Part shown: positions 36,443 to 46,896 of the stretch, in pieces
Layout of the letters: each line of letters opens with the position of its first letter
How positions within the stretch are numbered: position 1 is the stretch's first letter
IMG/VR virus record: IMGVR_UViG_2788499997_000004
Origin: a virus
Taxonomy: Duplodnaviria > Heunggongvirae > Uroviricota > Caudoviricetes
Length of the DNA: 64,000 nucleotides
Direction: 5' to 3' (one strand)
The notes under the pieces: generated by a model
Databases searched by the model: none
What the model was told of the DNA's origin: nothing
What the model saw: the letters and a program-made list of their open reading frames with translations, nothing else
Program-made: the position numbers and the translations under genes

Positions 36443-37093
36443 ATGACAGTAAATAAAATCATAAAAAAAATCATTATTTATACTTTCTTCTTCTCTTTAA
36501 TCTTTTCAACTGTTTATTTCATTAAAGACAATGTAGAAAAACAAAAAGAAATTAAGGAAACGATAGCCTTTTTGTTCGACAACTGGCACAGTCAGAACAT
36601 GGAGGGTATCTATGATATTTCAAAGACAAAGGCAGAGGACAATATATTCCAATATAAGACTGGATTCGAAGAGAACGAAGTCATTAGTGATATTATTAAT
36701 AAACATATATATGAAGGACCTGAGTATGACTTAGATAGAGATATTGTTATAGATGGTATAGGAAAAAAAGATGCAAAGGCTTCTGTCACAATAAGTCTGC
36801 GTACATATAATAATCTTGAAGTTATAGATACTGTTATAGAAACGTTACTCAATGATAATAGTAAAATTACAAAAGATTATCAACATGACAAATTTGTCGA
36901 AAGCAACGAAGACAGTATTTTGAAAGCTACACAAGAGGTAGAAAAGACATCGCAGAAGAAAATGATTATTTATATGGAGTGTGAAGATAATAAATGGACA
37001 ATTCCTTATCAAAATAATAAAAATTTCTATGATGCTATGAGTGGTGGAATGATAACATTCAGTGAATCAGTTAATACTGAGGTTGATATATAA
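36443..37093 (+). CDS. N-terminally anchored or secreted protein
   Basis: ATG follows gtggaggtggaac; N-terminal hydrophobic segment. Confidence 0.4.
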   Translation: MTVNKIIKKIIIYTFFFSLIFSTVYFIKDNVEKQKEIKETIAFLFDNWHSQNMEGIYDISKTKAEDNIFQYKTGFEENEVISDIINKHIYEGPEYDLDRDIVIDGIGKKDAKASVTISLRTYNNLEVIDTVIETLLNDNSKITKDYQHDKFVESNEDSILKATQEVEKTSQKKMIIYMECEDNKWTIPYQNNKNFYDAMSGGMITFSESVNTEVDI

Positions 37094-37384
37094 AAAAGGC
37101 CTCCCATCTGGGAGACCTGTTCGTATGAGATAGATTTTCATAACATGATAAGATGAAATTCCTATCTCTAAAATCAAATATCAACTATATTCATTTTTTA
37201 CTGAAATAATAAGGGAGAAAAAAATTTCAGCAGTCTTATTTTTTATCCTGACAGAAAAAATGGAGGGAGGTGGTCTGCATACAATGCAATCTGCCAAGAC
37301 ATTATTATATTATCGGTTAATTAAGACAATATTATTGTAGCATATAAATTGGATTTTGTAGGAAATCATAAGAGGTGGTTATAT

Positions 37385-37630
37385 ATGGGAAAAAAAAGAC
37401 ATCCATTAACAGTTTTAAAGTCCATTAGGGAACAAAGGGGCATCACTCAAGCCGAATTAGCTAAAGAATTGCTTGTCACTCCACAGTATTACAGTGCTCT
37501 GGAAAGAGGATTGAATGAACTGACATATTATGATGCCTATTTGATAGCAAGAAAATTAGGAATGCCTCCAGATGCATTGTTTATGGAAGATGCTATTGAT
37601 AGATTGAGAGGAGAAGGGGGAAGAAGGTAG
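37385..37630 (+). CDS. XRE-family HTH transcriptional regulator
   Basis: LKSIREQRGITQAELAKELLVTPQYYSALERG is a classic HTH_3 pattern. Confidence 0.6.
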   Translation: MGKKRHPLTVLKSIREQRGITQAELAKELLVTPQYYSALERGLNELTYYDAYLIARKLGMPPDALFMEDAIDRLRGEGGRR

Positions 37631-37710
37631 CAAAAATTAATTAGATATAATAATTTGGTTAGAATGGATTATCATTATTGAATATGATATGATATAGCAA
37701 AAGAAAAGAG

Positions 37711-38667
37711 TTGAGAAAAATGTTTAAAATGAATTACAATGGAGGACTATTAGGGGTAATCATAGATGAAAACATAAACTTTAATTCTAGATTTTTAAAA
37801 GAAGTATCTAGGATTTTCCCTATAGTTGATAAGAATGATGAAATAACGCAAATAGTAATTACACAGTTAGGGTCTATATATATTGATAATATATCATTGA
37901 CATATTTATATAATATTTGTGCCTATTTCTACAAAAAGAAAGGAATAAAATGTATGGTACAAAAAATTTTATATAACAGAATCGATAATACTATTAAATC
38001 TTATGATGCTGATAAATATAATTTTATTGAAATGAATGAAATATATGTTGGAAAAATAAATTATTATACATTGTATGGAGAAAATGAATTTACTCATGTT
38101 GTAAAAGGAATAACGGATTATATTTTAAGTAAAAGTATTGTACATAAGAAAAATAAAATTGAAGAATTTCTAAAAACAACAATTGGAGAAATATTTTCAA
38201 ATGCAAGTTATCATAATCAGATAAAAGAATATTATTTTTTTCAGGACTCGAGTTTAATCGAAGGAGAAATATATCTTACGGTTAATGTTATAGATTATGG
38301 GAATACTATAATTGCAAATGTAAACAAGTATTTTAAAGAAAATAATATAGTTGAAAAAACCAGAGAAAAAAGAATAGACTGGGCTATTAAGCAAGGAAAT
38401 ACAACTCGCATAGGTAGTGGAGGATATGGGTTGAGTACATTAATTCAATATTTAAAAAATGTAAATGGTAAACTAATAATTCTTTCTGGCAATGAAATAT
38501 ATGAATTGTCACCAAAAAGTGCTAATACCACAAACCTAGAAAATGCTTCATTTCCCGGCACAATTGTGTCGTTTACAGTACATCTTTATGATTTGGATAA
38601 TTACTTGGAATATGATACTGATAGAAACACAATTCAAACTAGAAGTATTAATTTAAATGATATATAA
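37711..38667 (+). CDS. GHKL (histidine-kinase-like) ATPase-domain protein
   Basis: N-box-like EIFSNASYHNQ, G1-like VIDYGNT and G2-like IGSGGYGLSTL. Confidence 0.45.
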   Translation: MRKMFKMNYNGGLLGVIIDENINFNSRFLKEVSRIFPIVDKNDEITQIVITQLGSIYIDNISLTYLYNICAYFYKKKGIKCMVQKILYNRIDNTIKSYDADKYNFIEMNEIYVGKINYYTLYGENEFTHVVKGITDYILSKSIVHKKNKIEEFLKTTIGEIFSNASYHNQIKEYYFFQDSSLIEGEIYLTVNVIDYGNTIIANVNKYFKENNIVEKTREKRIDWAIKQGNTTRIGSGGYGLSTLIQYLKNVNGKLIILSGNEIYELSPKSANTTNLENASFPGTIVSFTVHLYDLDNYLEYDTDRNTIQTRSINLNDI

Positions 38668-38691
38668 TATAAATGATAATGGGGTGAGAAG

Positions 38692-38994
38692 ATGATTATA
38701 AAGATTAAAGATTTTGCACAAGGAGATACAGCTGTCTCTTATGAAGAAGGAAGAAAATGTTATGATTTAATGAAGGAAGGCTTAAATAGAGGCGAAAAAA
38801 TAGTTTTAGATTTTAATGATGTCAAGTATGTTATAACAGCTTTTTTGAATCCAGTTATCGGCGATGCAATATTAAATTATGATAAAAACATTATGAATAA
38901 AATAGATATAAATAATGCTTCTACAGATATTATAGAGAAAATAAAACTTGTAAAAGAAGGTGCTTTAATTAAAAGAGAGGATTTAGATGAGTAA
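38692..38994 (+). CDS. STAS-like small protein (DUF4325-like), partner of the GHKL ATPase
   Basis: 100 aa; EKIVLDFNDVKYVITAFLNPVIG pattern. Gene order ATPase then STAS-like is recurrent for this pairing (from memory). Confidence 0.35.
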   Translation: MIIKIKDFAQGDTAVSYEEGRKCYDLMKEGLNRGEKIVLDFNDVKYVITAFLNPVIGDAILNYDKNIMNKIDINNASTDIIEKIKLVKEGALIKREDLDE

Positions 38995-39499
38995 AGTATT
39001 TTTAGATACATGTGTATGGTTTGAGTTAGTAGCTGGAGCAAATCCAACTTCTGCTCATCAGATATTACAAACTCAAAAAGCAACAGATTTATTAAATAAT
39101 ATATTAAGTAGTAATGATGAAATAATTACATTAGATATTCAATTAATCGAATTAACTCAAACTATAATTAAAGCAAAATTAAAAGAATGTAATAGAGATT
39201 TAAAACAAAATGGGCAATCAGGAATTGGAAATATAAAACAATTTAGAAATGACCCTACATGCCATCAATATTATTCTAATGCAATAAATGTGTGTTCACA
39301 TGCAATCAATGATATTAGAGCATTTTCTAAAAAAATTGAAATATATCATAGTGATATTGATAAAATATTATGTAATTTAATTAAAGCGGATATAAATGAC
39401 TATATATATTATGAATTTTGTCAAAAAAATGATATAAGACTATACACATTTGACCAAGATTTTAATGACTTTGAATATCAATACTTAAATATACTTTAG
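38987..39499 (+). CDS. hypothetical protein, possible PIN-like fold
   Basis: N-terminal VFLDTCVWFEL resembles a PIN N-terminal Asp motif; weak. Confidence 0.3.
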   Translation: MSKVFLDTCVWFELVAGANPTSAHQILQTQKATDLLNNILSSNDEIITLDIQLIELTQTIIKAKLKECNRDLKQNGQSGIGNIKQFRNDPTCHQYYSNAINVCSHAINDIRAFSKKIEIYHSDIDKILCNLIKADINDYIYYEFCQKNDIRLYTFDQDFNDFEYQYLNIL

Positions 39500-39673
39500 A
39501 AAGCTTATTTTAGTTTCTACGCAGAAAAAATAATATGAGCAAGTTTATGGTAAAATATAAATGTAAATATAAACGAAACAGGACATGTCAACAGATATGT
39601 CTTTTTTTATTGCTCATATTTACGAAAATAATGGAAAGGAGCTCTTCAATAAGCAAGAGAAAGTGACAAAAAA

Positions 39674-41059
39674 ATGAAAAAAGAACAATTCAAATCAGTG
39701 GAGATAGGACAATCTCGAAATAAAGCAATGATTATAGGATATCTGCCAGAATTTGATAAGATTTCAATTTATAACCATGTACAGGAAATTAAATTAAAAG
39801 CAACAGATGTTGAATATCAGTTTAATTTTAATCCTAGATATGTTCATATGAAAGAAAGTATCTATAGTGGGAGTGAAGAAGAACAAATCTGCAAAAAATC
39901 CAACAATAATCTCAAAAGATTATCTCAAATCATTAATAATACTAATAAAGACTTTAAAACGAATCATCAATTTATAGTCTTTCATTACTCATTAATTGAT
40001 TCTATTAATAAATGGTTAGACGATTTATGGGAATCAACCAAATATATGAAATATGGAAATTTGAAGAATGATGTTGGGTTATTGCATGACGTTTTTCATA
40101 ATACTGAAAAAGAATGGGTTGTGATTGATGGTAATAGTTACTTTTCATCAATTCATCAAAGTTATTTAGCAAGGAAACAATTAAAGAATGTCCCAGATGA
40201 AATTAAGGAATGGTCAAAGTATTATAATGTCAGAAAATCATTAGGAAAAGCTTATACAAAAGATATGCTGTCAACGCAAAGTGATGAATATGACATACAG
40301 ATGATTCAATTGATTGCTTTGGTTATGGAAAAGAATATGAGTTCATGGAATCAAAGTGATAAAATAGATTTTATGAAGATTTTGTATAGATTATTATTTG
40401 CCATTACTTATAGAAATAAGGATAAATGGATAAATGCTAATGATATGTTTGTTTATATACAAGCAATAAGATATCTTACATTGCCATTTGATAAGACAAC
40501 AACATTTAAACAGACAAATAGAATGAATTATATTCTTTTGACTGCATTATATGAAAAGGATAAGAATCTAGAAAAAACAACTTTTAATATCAAGATGTTT
40601 AGAAACCTTATTGAGGGATTAATTTCAAAGAATGAACGAAAAGAGAAATTAGATTATGTCTTAGATGGTTTAAATGAAGTGTATAATGCGATGATTTACT
40701 ATCAGAACGAATCTCTTCATATTTTAAAGGATATTGACGGACAATCTGCACGAGACAGATTGACAAAGATTGATTCTTTATGTGCAAATGGAGTTATGAA
40801 ATATACTTCAAAGTGTAGAGACAAGATTATTAATGATGATATTGATATTGTTCAGATGCGTAAGAAATTAAAACAAATGGCTGATAATATGATAAAAGTT
40901 TATCAAAATTATCTTAATAATAATGTAACAAAATTATTGCACAATAATCCCAAATTAGCGAGCAACATTTCAAATATTTATAAGCTTGGACACTTTGAAG
41001 ACAACCTAACAGAAAGAGATTTTTTCTTATTGGTTATGGATGCTTTGAAATGTTCTTGA
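39674..41059 (+). CDS. hypothetical protein
   Basis: 461 aa. Confidence 0.4.
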   Translation: MKKEQFKSVEIGQSRNKAMIIGYLPEFDKISIYNHVQEIKLKATDVEYQFNFNPRYVHMKESIYSGSEEEQICKKSNNNLKRLSQIINNTNKDFKTNHQFIVFHYSLIDSINKWLDDLWESTKYMKYGNLKNDVGLLHDVFHNTEKEWVVIDGNSYFSSIHQSYLARKQLKNVPDEIKEWSKYYNVRKSLGKAYTKDMLSTQSDEYDIQMIQLIALVMEKNMSSWNQSDKIDFMKILYRLLFAITYRNKDKWINANDMFVYIQAIRYLTLPFDKTTTFKQTNRMNYILLTALYEKDKNLEKTTFNIKMFRNLIEGLISKNERKEKLDYVLDGLNEVYNAMIYYQNESLHILKDIDGQSARDRLTKIDSLCANGVMKYTSKCRDKIINDDIDIVQMRKKLKQMADNMIKVYQNYLNNNVTKLLHNNPKLASNISNIYKLGHFEDNLTERDFFLLVMDALKCS

Positions 41060-41073
41060 AAGGAAGTGATTAT

Positions 41074-41631
41074 ATGAATTTAAGAAAGAAAATAGAGGAA
41101 ACGAAGAATTGTATTGAAAAAGATAATTATGCAAATAGAAATTATGAGATTTGCTGCAGTTATCTAGAATCTATAAAACTCAGAATTCAAGATAAAGAAA
41201 GAGGTGAAGATAACCATTACACTGTTATGATGTGCCCACCTAAAACCCCAAACATTGATTCATACCTTATATGTTCCAAACAACATAATGATTATGCTAT
41301 TCAGATAAAGCAAGGAAAGAATAAGGATAAGGAATCAAAAAATAGAATGTGGCATAACAAATACAAAAATATTATGAATACTGATAATTATCTCTATCTT
41401 ACATATGAAAAAGAATCAGATAGAATAAGCTATAATAGCCAATGGCATGTTCAAGAAGATAATACAGTAGAAACAATTCAATATATCGAAAAAAGAAAGC
41501 AAGATAATCCAAAAGAATATAAGTTTCTGAAAAAGATGATGGAAAATCTTGCTTTTTCTAATGCAAATGAAGATGAGATGGATTGGATATTATTAAATAG
41601 ATTCTATGCATATCTATTTCAAAATAACTAA
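41074..41631 (+). CDS. hypothetical protein
   Basis: ATG follows ggaagtgattat; overlaps the upstream gene. Confidence 0.35.
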   Translation: MNLRKKIEETKNCIEKDNYANRNYEICCSYLESIKLRIQDKERGEDNHYTVMMCPPKTPNIDSYLICSKQHNDYAIQIKQGKNKDKESKNRMWHNKYKNIMNTDNYLYLTYEKESDRISYNSQWHVQEDNTVETIQYIEKRKQDNPKEYKFLKKMMENLAFSNANEDEMDWILLNRFYAYLFQNN

Positions 41632-41693
41632 TCCTCTTTATCCATTATCTATTTAAATATGATATACTATTAATGTAATCTTAATACGAATAA

Positions 41694-41722
41694 AAGACAC
41701 GTCATTTCGATGTGTCTTTTTT
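41694..41722 (+). terminator. rho-independent terminator
   Basis: AGACACgtcatttcgatGTGTCT followed by TTTTTTG. Confidence 0.55.
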
Positions 41723-41765
41723 GTTTAGGAGAAAAAATTAAAACAAGAAAGGATGAAACAAAATT

Positions 41766-43583
41766 ATGGCAAAAACATTAAAAAAACCAAAGTATGATGC
41801 ATTAACATTTGCATATTCAAAAAAAGAAGCAGGGAAAATGATTCCTAATACAACTTTTACAGCAGGAGGAGAAGATGAAAGATTCTATAGTATTAAAAAC
41901 AAGACAATCTTGCCATCTACTGGAAAAGTAGCATCTATATTATCTGATAAGATTGCAAAAGCAATTTTAGAATCTCAGTTAACAAATGATGAAACGATGA
42001 TAGGATGGGGTAAAAATGGAACTGAGCAATTTATTTATGGAGAATTGCCTGGTGGTTCTGCAAGTGATATAGAAAAATTCATTATTAACTTAGATGAAAA
42101 GAAAATCTATGCAACGAATATCTATTCACATCTTTTATATAAAGTTATCCTAGCATATGACTTATTGCAATTTGTCTTAGCTGGTGAAAAAGCAACAGAT
42201 GAACAAAGAGAGGCTTATGAGATTTTAGCAGGTATTAACTATTTACCTACTGAACCTTTTGATGAAACATCTATTTTAGTAGATTCGGCTGAAAAAGAAA
42301 GTTTTGTCACTTTATGTGATAGTATTTTACAAACAGCATCAATGTTTAATGGTTATGAGTTTGATACTGAAATACCTAATAAAGATAAGGACTTTGATAT
42401 CTATGCTAATAAGATTAAATATAATCTTTTGCCATTAGTTGCTATGCATAATAAGGTTGATGATATGTCTATTGATACTGGAGAAGAAGATGAAGATGGA
42501 AATCCTATCTATATTCCGGAAATCAAACCTCTCAAAGTCAAAAGAAAGAAAAAAGGAGCGAAATCTAAAGCAAACTCATCTATTCCGTATAAAGATAGAG
42601 ATTATACGTTAATGACTGATGAAGAAGCTGAAGATTTACCTGAAGAATTAAAGATTCAAAGAGATGCATGTATTGAACTTTATGAAAGAAATAAAGAGTT
42701 TATGGATGATAATGATGAGCTTTGGGAATGTATCTTAAGCTTCTATCATGGAAACATCTGGAAAATGGGATTCTTTGGACCATCTGCTTCTGGGAAAACA
42801 ACGTTTGTCAGAATGATGGCAGGAGCATTAAAATTACCTTTCGCACTGGTAACAGGTAATAGAGATACAGAAACAGCACAGTTGTTTGGACATATGACAA
42901 TCAAAGATGGAGATATGGTCTTCGTTGATGGCCCATTGACTCAAATTGCGAGATACGGTGGTATCTTCTTATTTGATGAAAGAAATATGGTCAACGCTGG
43001 TGTCGTGTCAGCGACAAACAACTTGCTTGATGATACTCGTATGTGTACAATTCCTCAAACTGGAGAAACTATCAGAGCTCATAAAAACTTCAGATATTGT
43101 GAAGCTTTCAATATTGGATATGAAGGGACAAAAGAAGACAACTTGTCACATATTTCACGTATTGATGAATTCCATAAATTGGCACATACAGATGAAACAG
43201 AAGCTAAAATCGTCGTTGCGAATTCTGGAATTGAATTAGGAGTAGCCAAAACGATGATTCAAGTCAAAAACAATATCACAAAAGAAATCATAGAAGACGG
43301 GGATGAAACTACTCAAAGAGTAGATTTACGTTCTTGTATTTCATGGGCTAAAAAGACAATGGATTTGGAAGGTAATGCATTAAGAGCAGCACTTTCTACA
43401 ATCTTAACACCTCTATCAAAAGAAGTTGATACAGTTTTAAGCAGTAATAATATCAAGAACTTCTCTGCTACAGGGGACCCTGTCGTAGATTATGCTTCTA
43501 ATGAGATTAGAAAATATTTCGATGAAAGTGTTAAAAAGAAAGTCATCAAGAAAGAATATGAATTTGAAAAATATGAACTTTAA
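41766..43583 (+). CDS. MoxR/CobS-like AAA+ ATPase (AAA_5 type)
   Basis: Walker A FFGPSASGKTT and Walker B IFLFDERN, in the C-terminal half of a 605-aa protein. Confidence 0.6.
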   Translation: MAKTLKKPKYDALTFAYSKKEAGKMIPNTTFTAGGEDERFYSIKNKTILPSTGKVASILSDKIAKAILESQLTNDETMIGWGKNGTEQFIYGELPGGSASDIEKFIINLDEKKIYATNIYSHLLYKVILAYDLLQFVLAGEKATDEQREAYEILAGINYLPTEPFDETSILVDSAEKESFVTLCDSILQTASMFNGYEFDTEIPNKDKDFDIYANKIKYNLLPLVAMHNKVDDMSIDTGEEDEDGNPIYIPEIKPLKVKRKKKGAKSKANSSIPYKDRDYTLMTDEEAEDLPEELKIQRDACIELYERNKEFMDDNDELWECILSFYHGNIWKMGFFGPSASGKTTFVRMMAGALKLPFALVTGNRDTETAQLFGHMTIKDGDMVFVDGPLTQIARYGGIFLFDERNMVNAGVVSATNNLLDDTRMCTIPQTGETIRAHKNFRYCEAFNIGYEGTKEDNLSHISRIDEFHKLAHTDETEAKIVVANSGIELGVAKTMIQVKNNITKEIIEDGDETTQRVDLRSCISWAKKTMDLEGNALRAALSTILTPLSKEVDTVLSSNNIKNFSATGDPVVDYASNEIRKYFDESVKKKVIKKEYEFEKYEL

Positions 43584-43593
43584 GAATTGAAAA

Positions 43594-43620
43594 GGCTGGT
43601 ATTTCAGCCTTTTTATTTTA
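43594..43620 (+). terminator. terminator hairpin
   Basis: AGGCTGgtatttCAGCCT followed by TTTTATTTT. Confidence 0.5.
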
Positions 43621-43635
43621 AGGAAGGAGTAAATT

Positions 43636-45903
43636 ATGAAAAGAAAAACAGGAAAATTAATGAAAAAGAAGGTTAAGAAGATTTTAACTGGCATTGAGTT
43701 GCTTACAAGTAAAGGTTATAGAGCCAGCTATAAAAGTATGGCTGAAACTTATTGTAAACAGCCTCTTCAATTTAAAATGCTTTTAAATGCAGGAAGTTTT
43801 ACAAGTGTTAATGATAAAGGTCAGACATTGATGAATATTGACTTGAATATGTTTAGAGATGATAAGTTTTCAACATCTCACTATCATCTGTTTGCTAAAG
43901 GCGTGATTTTACATGAATCCGGTCATGTTTTATATAGTGATTTTGATGTGATTAGAAAAAACGCAGATAATGTGAATCAGTTAAGAAATCAAATCAAGGC
44001 AATCGGAGAGGCATACTATCAAGAATCTGACCCTATTCTCAAACAGGACTGTGAAACAAAATTGTATGATGCCATTTTAGAATTTACTAAGGCAAGTAAT
44101 CTACCAGATGTCCTAAACTCTTTTGAAGATGCTGCAGTAGAGAGAGTCATGTCAGAAATGGGTAAAGATGAAAATGGAAGCATTGCTTTTACAAGAAATT
44201 ATATTGTAGAAAAAGATACACAACATAAATTAGATGGCATCAATAACGATGCGATTCCATTGGATTCAGACAACTGGAATCAAGCCACTTTGGATGGAAT
44301 TATCACTGAAGCCAGATTAATGGCTACAGCAGGATATAGAATGGCTATTGATATGACTATCATATCGCATACTTTTGAGCCTGCAGAAATCAATCAGATT
44401 AAGGATATCTGTCAATATGTGAGATTTATGTCCAATACAACAGAAGATAGAAATATTTCCAGTGAAGTCTTCTTGGATATGTGTCAACCAATTATCGAGA
44501 AGATAGCGCAAGACTTAACAAACGCTTATATCAGAGATATTGATTATGCTGAAGACCAGTTGAACAACATGCAACAAAACGCAAATGCATCTACTCAATC
44601 AACAGGTGGTCCAGGAAGCCAGCCAACTCAAGCAGGAGGAAATGGATTGCCTGGGCAAAAAGGAGGAAGTCAACCTCAGCCTACATCAAATAAGAATAGT
44701 TTACCTCTGCCTGATAGCCTAAAGAAACAATTACAAAACAAAGCCAATCAAACAGGGCAGCTATTAAGTGTTGGTGGACAGGGTTCAAACCAAGGAGACG
44801 CTTCACATGATGGACAGGGAGCAGATGGCGCAGGCACAGGAAATGAAAATAATAATGCTACATCAGGAGGAGGTTCAGGTGATGGGCCAAATGGAACATC
44901 AATCCCTAATGCGACAAAAACAAGTGAAGAGTTAAGTGATGAAAGTGTTACTGATATGACAGAGGCATTAAATAATGCAAAAAAGACTTTTCAGCGAAAT
45001 GAAGATATGGTTCAAGATTCATTAATTAAAAGCGACCATAATATCAGAGCAGCCGAAGGACGCTGTCATAAAGGTATTGGAATCAGCATAACAGACATCA
45101 ATGATGTTTTGGATTTATCAGATTCTCGTGAAGGAAAAGAAGCCCAAAAAACAATTCAAAAAGATAATTTGAACATCTATGTTAATGAATTATCTAAAAA
45201 AATTAAAAAAGTTCTTATGAGAAAAGGCATGGATGATACATCAAGAGGACGTTATGAAGGAGATATTGATTTCTCAAATCTTCATAGAATCAAAACAGAC
45301 TGCCAGTTATTTAAAAAGGATATCGAAGGTAAGACAAACAAAATAAGATTTGCTATTCTTGTAGACGAATCTGGAAGCATGTATGGTACAGAACTGTATA
45401 ATGCCATATTAGGATGTTGGATGATTGCAAAAGCTGCACAAAAACTCAAAATCCCATTTGCTGTTTATGGCCATGATGAAGATGATGAGTTTGAACTCAG
45501 AAAGTACATCTCATATGAAAAATGTAAGAAAAATACAGCATTGAACTCATTATTTAAAATGAGTTCTAGAGGATGCAACAGAGATGGCCTGGCAATTTTC
45601 CATGTTTGTAGAGAATTAATTAAACATGCACAAGATGACGAGGATTTGTATTTTATCATCTTGAGTGATGGACAACCAAATGGACACAATTATGGTGGAC
45701 AACCGGCAATCGATGACATGAGAGAAGTTATCAATACTTTCAAAAAGCATTACAACGTCCATTCAATTGGAATTGGGATTGGAGATTTTAATTTTGAAAA
45801 TATTGGCGTCATCTATGATAATCATGTCTGCGTAAAAGACGTGAAAGAATTGCCTAATGAGATGTTCAAGATTTTTAAACAGATTTTAAAAGTAGAAAGA
45901 TAG
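43636..45903 (+). CDS. CobT-like protein with C-terminal von Willebrand factor A domain
   Basis: MIDAS motif FAILVDESGSM (DxSxS), DGLAI and ILSDGQP; central G/Q/S/N-rich low-complexity linker. Confidence 0.6.
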   Translation: MKRKTGKLMKKKVKKILTGIELLTSKGYRASYKSMAETYCKQPLQFKMLLNAGSFTSVNDKGQTLMNIDLNMFRDDKFSTSHYHLFAKGVILHESGHVLYSDFDVIRKNADNVNQLRNQIKAIGEAYYQESDPILKQDCETKLYDAILEFTKASNLPDVLNSFEDAAVERVMSEMGKDENGSIAFTRNYIVEKDTQHKLDGINNDAIPLDSDNWNQATLDGIITEARLMATAGYRMAIDMTIISHTFEPAEINQIKDICQYVRFMSNTTEDRNISSEVFLDMCQPIIEKIAQDLTNAYIRDIDYAEDQLNNMQQNANASTQSTGGPGSQPTQAGGNGLPGQKGGSQPQPTSNKNSLPLPDSLKKQLQNKANQTGQLLSVGGQGSNQGDASHDGQGADGAGTGNENNNATSGGGSGDGPNGTSIPNATKTSEELSDESVTDMTEALNNAKKTFQRNEDMVQDSLIKSDHNIRAAEGRCHKGIGISITDINDVLDLSDSREGKEAQKTIQKDNLNIYVNELSKKIKKVLMRKGMDDTSRGRYEGDIDFSNLHRIKTDCQLFKKDIEGKTNKIRFAILVDESGSMYGTELYNAILGCWMIAKAAQKLKIPFAVYGHDEDDEFELRKYISYEKCKKNTALNSLFKMSSRGCNRDGLAIFHVCRELIKHAQDDEDLYFIILSDGQPNGHNYGGQPAIDDMREVINTFKKHYNVHSIGIGIGDFNFENIGVIYDNHVCVKDVKELPNEMFKIFKQILKVER

Positions 45904-46036
45904 TATAGGCTGGGACGAATCATTATTTATTATTCGTTCCGACCTTTTCTTTTTTAAATATGTTATACTATACATGTAGAAATAAACGATGAATGTATCT
46001 CACTGATACATTTTTTTTATAAAGGAGGGTGAAAGA

Positions 46037-46570
46037 ATGTCAGACAGATTAGATGGACAATATATCGTATTGGACATTGAATTTACGAAATCTAAAGAAA
46101 GGACAGAAATTATTGAAATTGGAGCTCAAAGGCTTTTATCATACAACTATGGAACTCGGGTAAAAGAAAGCGACTCTTTCAATAAACTTGTCAAACCCCT
46201 TCATTTACCAAAACAATCTCTTTTGGATTTGCTAGGAATGAAGAAGGAAGACTTACAAGAAGCACAAAACTTTGCTAATGTCTTTCAAGAATTCTTAGAA
46301 TGGGTAGGCGATGAAAATACTTTTTATGTTGTATGGGGAACAAGAGACCCTAAGATTATAGAAAAGGAGTGCAAAAATTATCATTTAGTTAAAGAATTTC
46401 AAAGTATGGATTTCATCGATATTCAATCATATACGATGTTACAGGACAAAATAAAAAACTTGCCATCATTAGCAAGCATGGTTAAGAAGTATGGAGAATT
46501 TGAAGGGAAACAACATAACGCATTAAACGACGCTGTCAATACAAGTAAAATTCTAAAGAATATTATTTAA
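46037..46570 (+). CDS. DEDDh 3'-5' exonuclease (DnaQ/oligoribonuclease-like)
   Basis: Exo I YIVLDIEFT, Exo III HNALNDAVNT. Confidence 0.55.
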   Translation: MSDRLDGQYIVLDIEFTKSKERTEIIEIGAQRLLSYNYGTRVKESDSFNKLVKPLHLPKQSLLDLLGMKKEDLQEAQNFANVFQEFLEWVGDENTFYVVWGTRDPKIIEKECKNYHLVKEFQSMDFIDIQSYTMLQDKIKNLPSLASMVKKYGEFEGKQHNALNDAVNTSKILKNII

Positions 46571-46727
46571 TTGCATGAAAAAGGAGGGTGGGAAGATAAC
46601 GAATATGAATATTTTTAACTCTAGCAAAGCGTTCCACCCACTTTTTCATTTCTATATTGATATAATTTAGGAATAGGAATATAATTATATTAGATATAGA
46701 TAACAAACGATAGAAAGGAGAATAATT

Positions 46728-46847
46728 ATGAATGGAAAACGTGTATTAAAATCTGTAAAGAAAAGAGTTTCAATTGCTGAGAAAAATTCCAAAATTTCTA
46801 GAAATATGCAGTATACAAATGGAGCATGGAATGATTCTCATAGATAG
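46728..46847 (+). CDS. candidate RiPP precursor peptide (39 aa), not in the ORF track
   Basis: aaaggag lies 8 nt before the ATG. Peptide: MNGKRVLKSVKKRVSIAEKNSKISRNMQYTNGAWNDSHR. Sits immediately upstream of an arginase-fold / rSAM-SPASM gene pair. Confidence 0.3.
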   Translation: MNGKRVLKSVKKRVSIAEKNSKISRNMQYTNGAWNDSHR

Positions 46848-46896
46848 AATTTAAAGAGCTGTAACGATTATTACGTTACAGCCTCTTTTCACATAT

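Noticed and set aside
37130-37330. Terminator after gene 36443-37093 (GGCCTCCCAtctGGGAGACC)
   Set aside because: Good stem but no downstream T-run; listed only as a possible structure.
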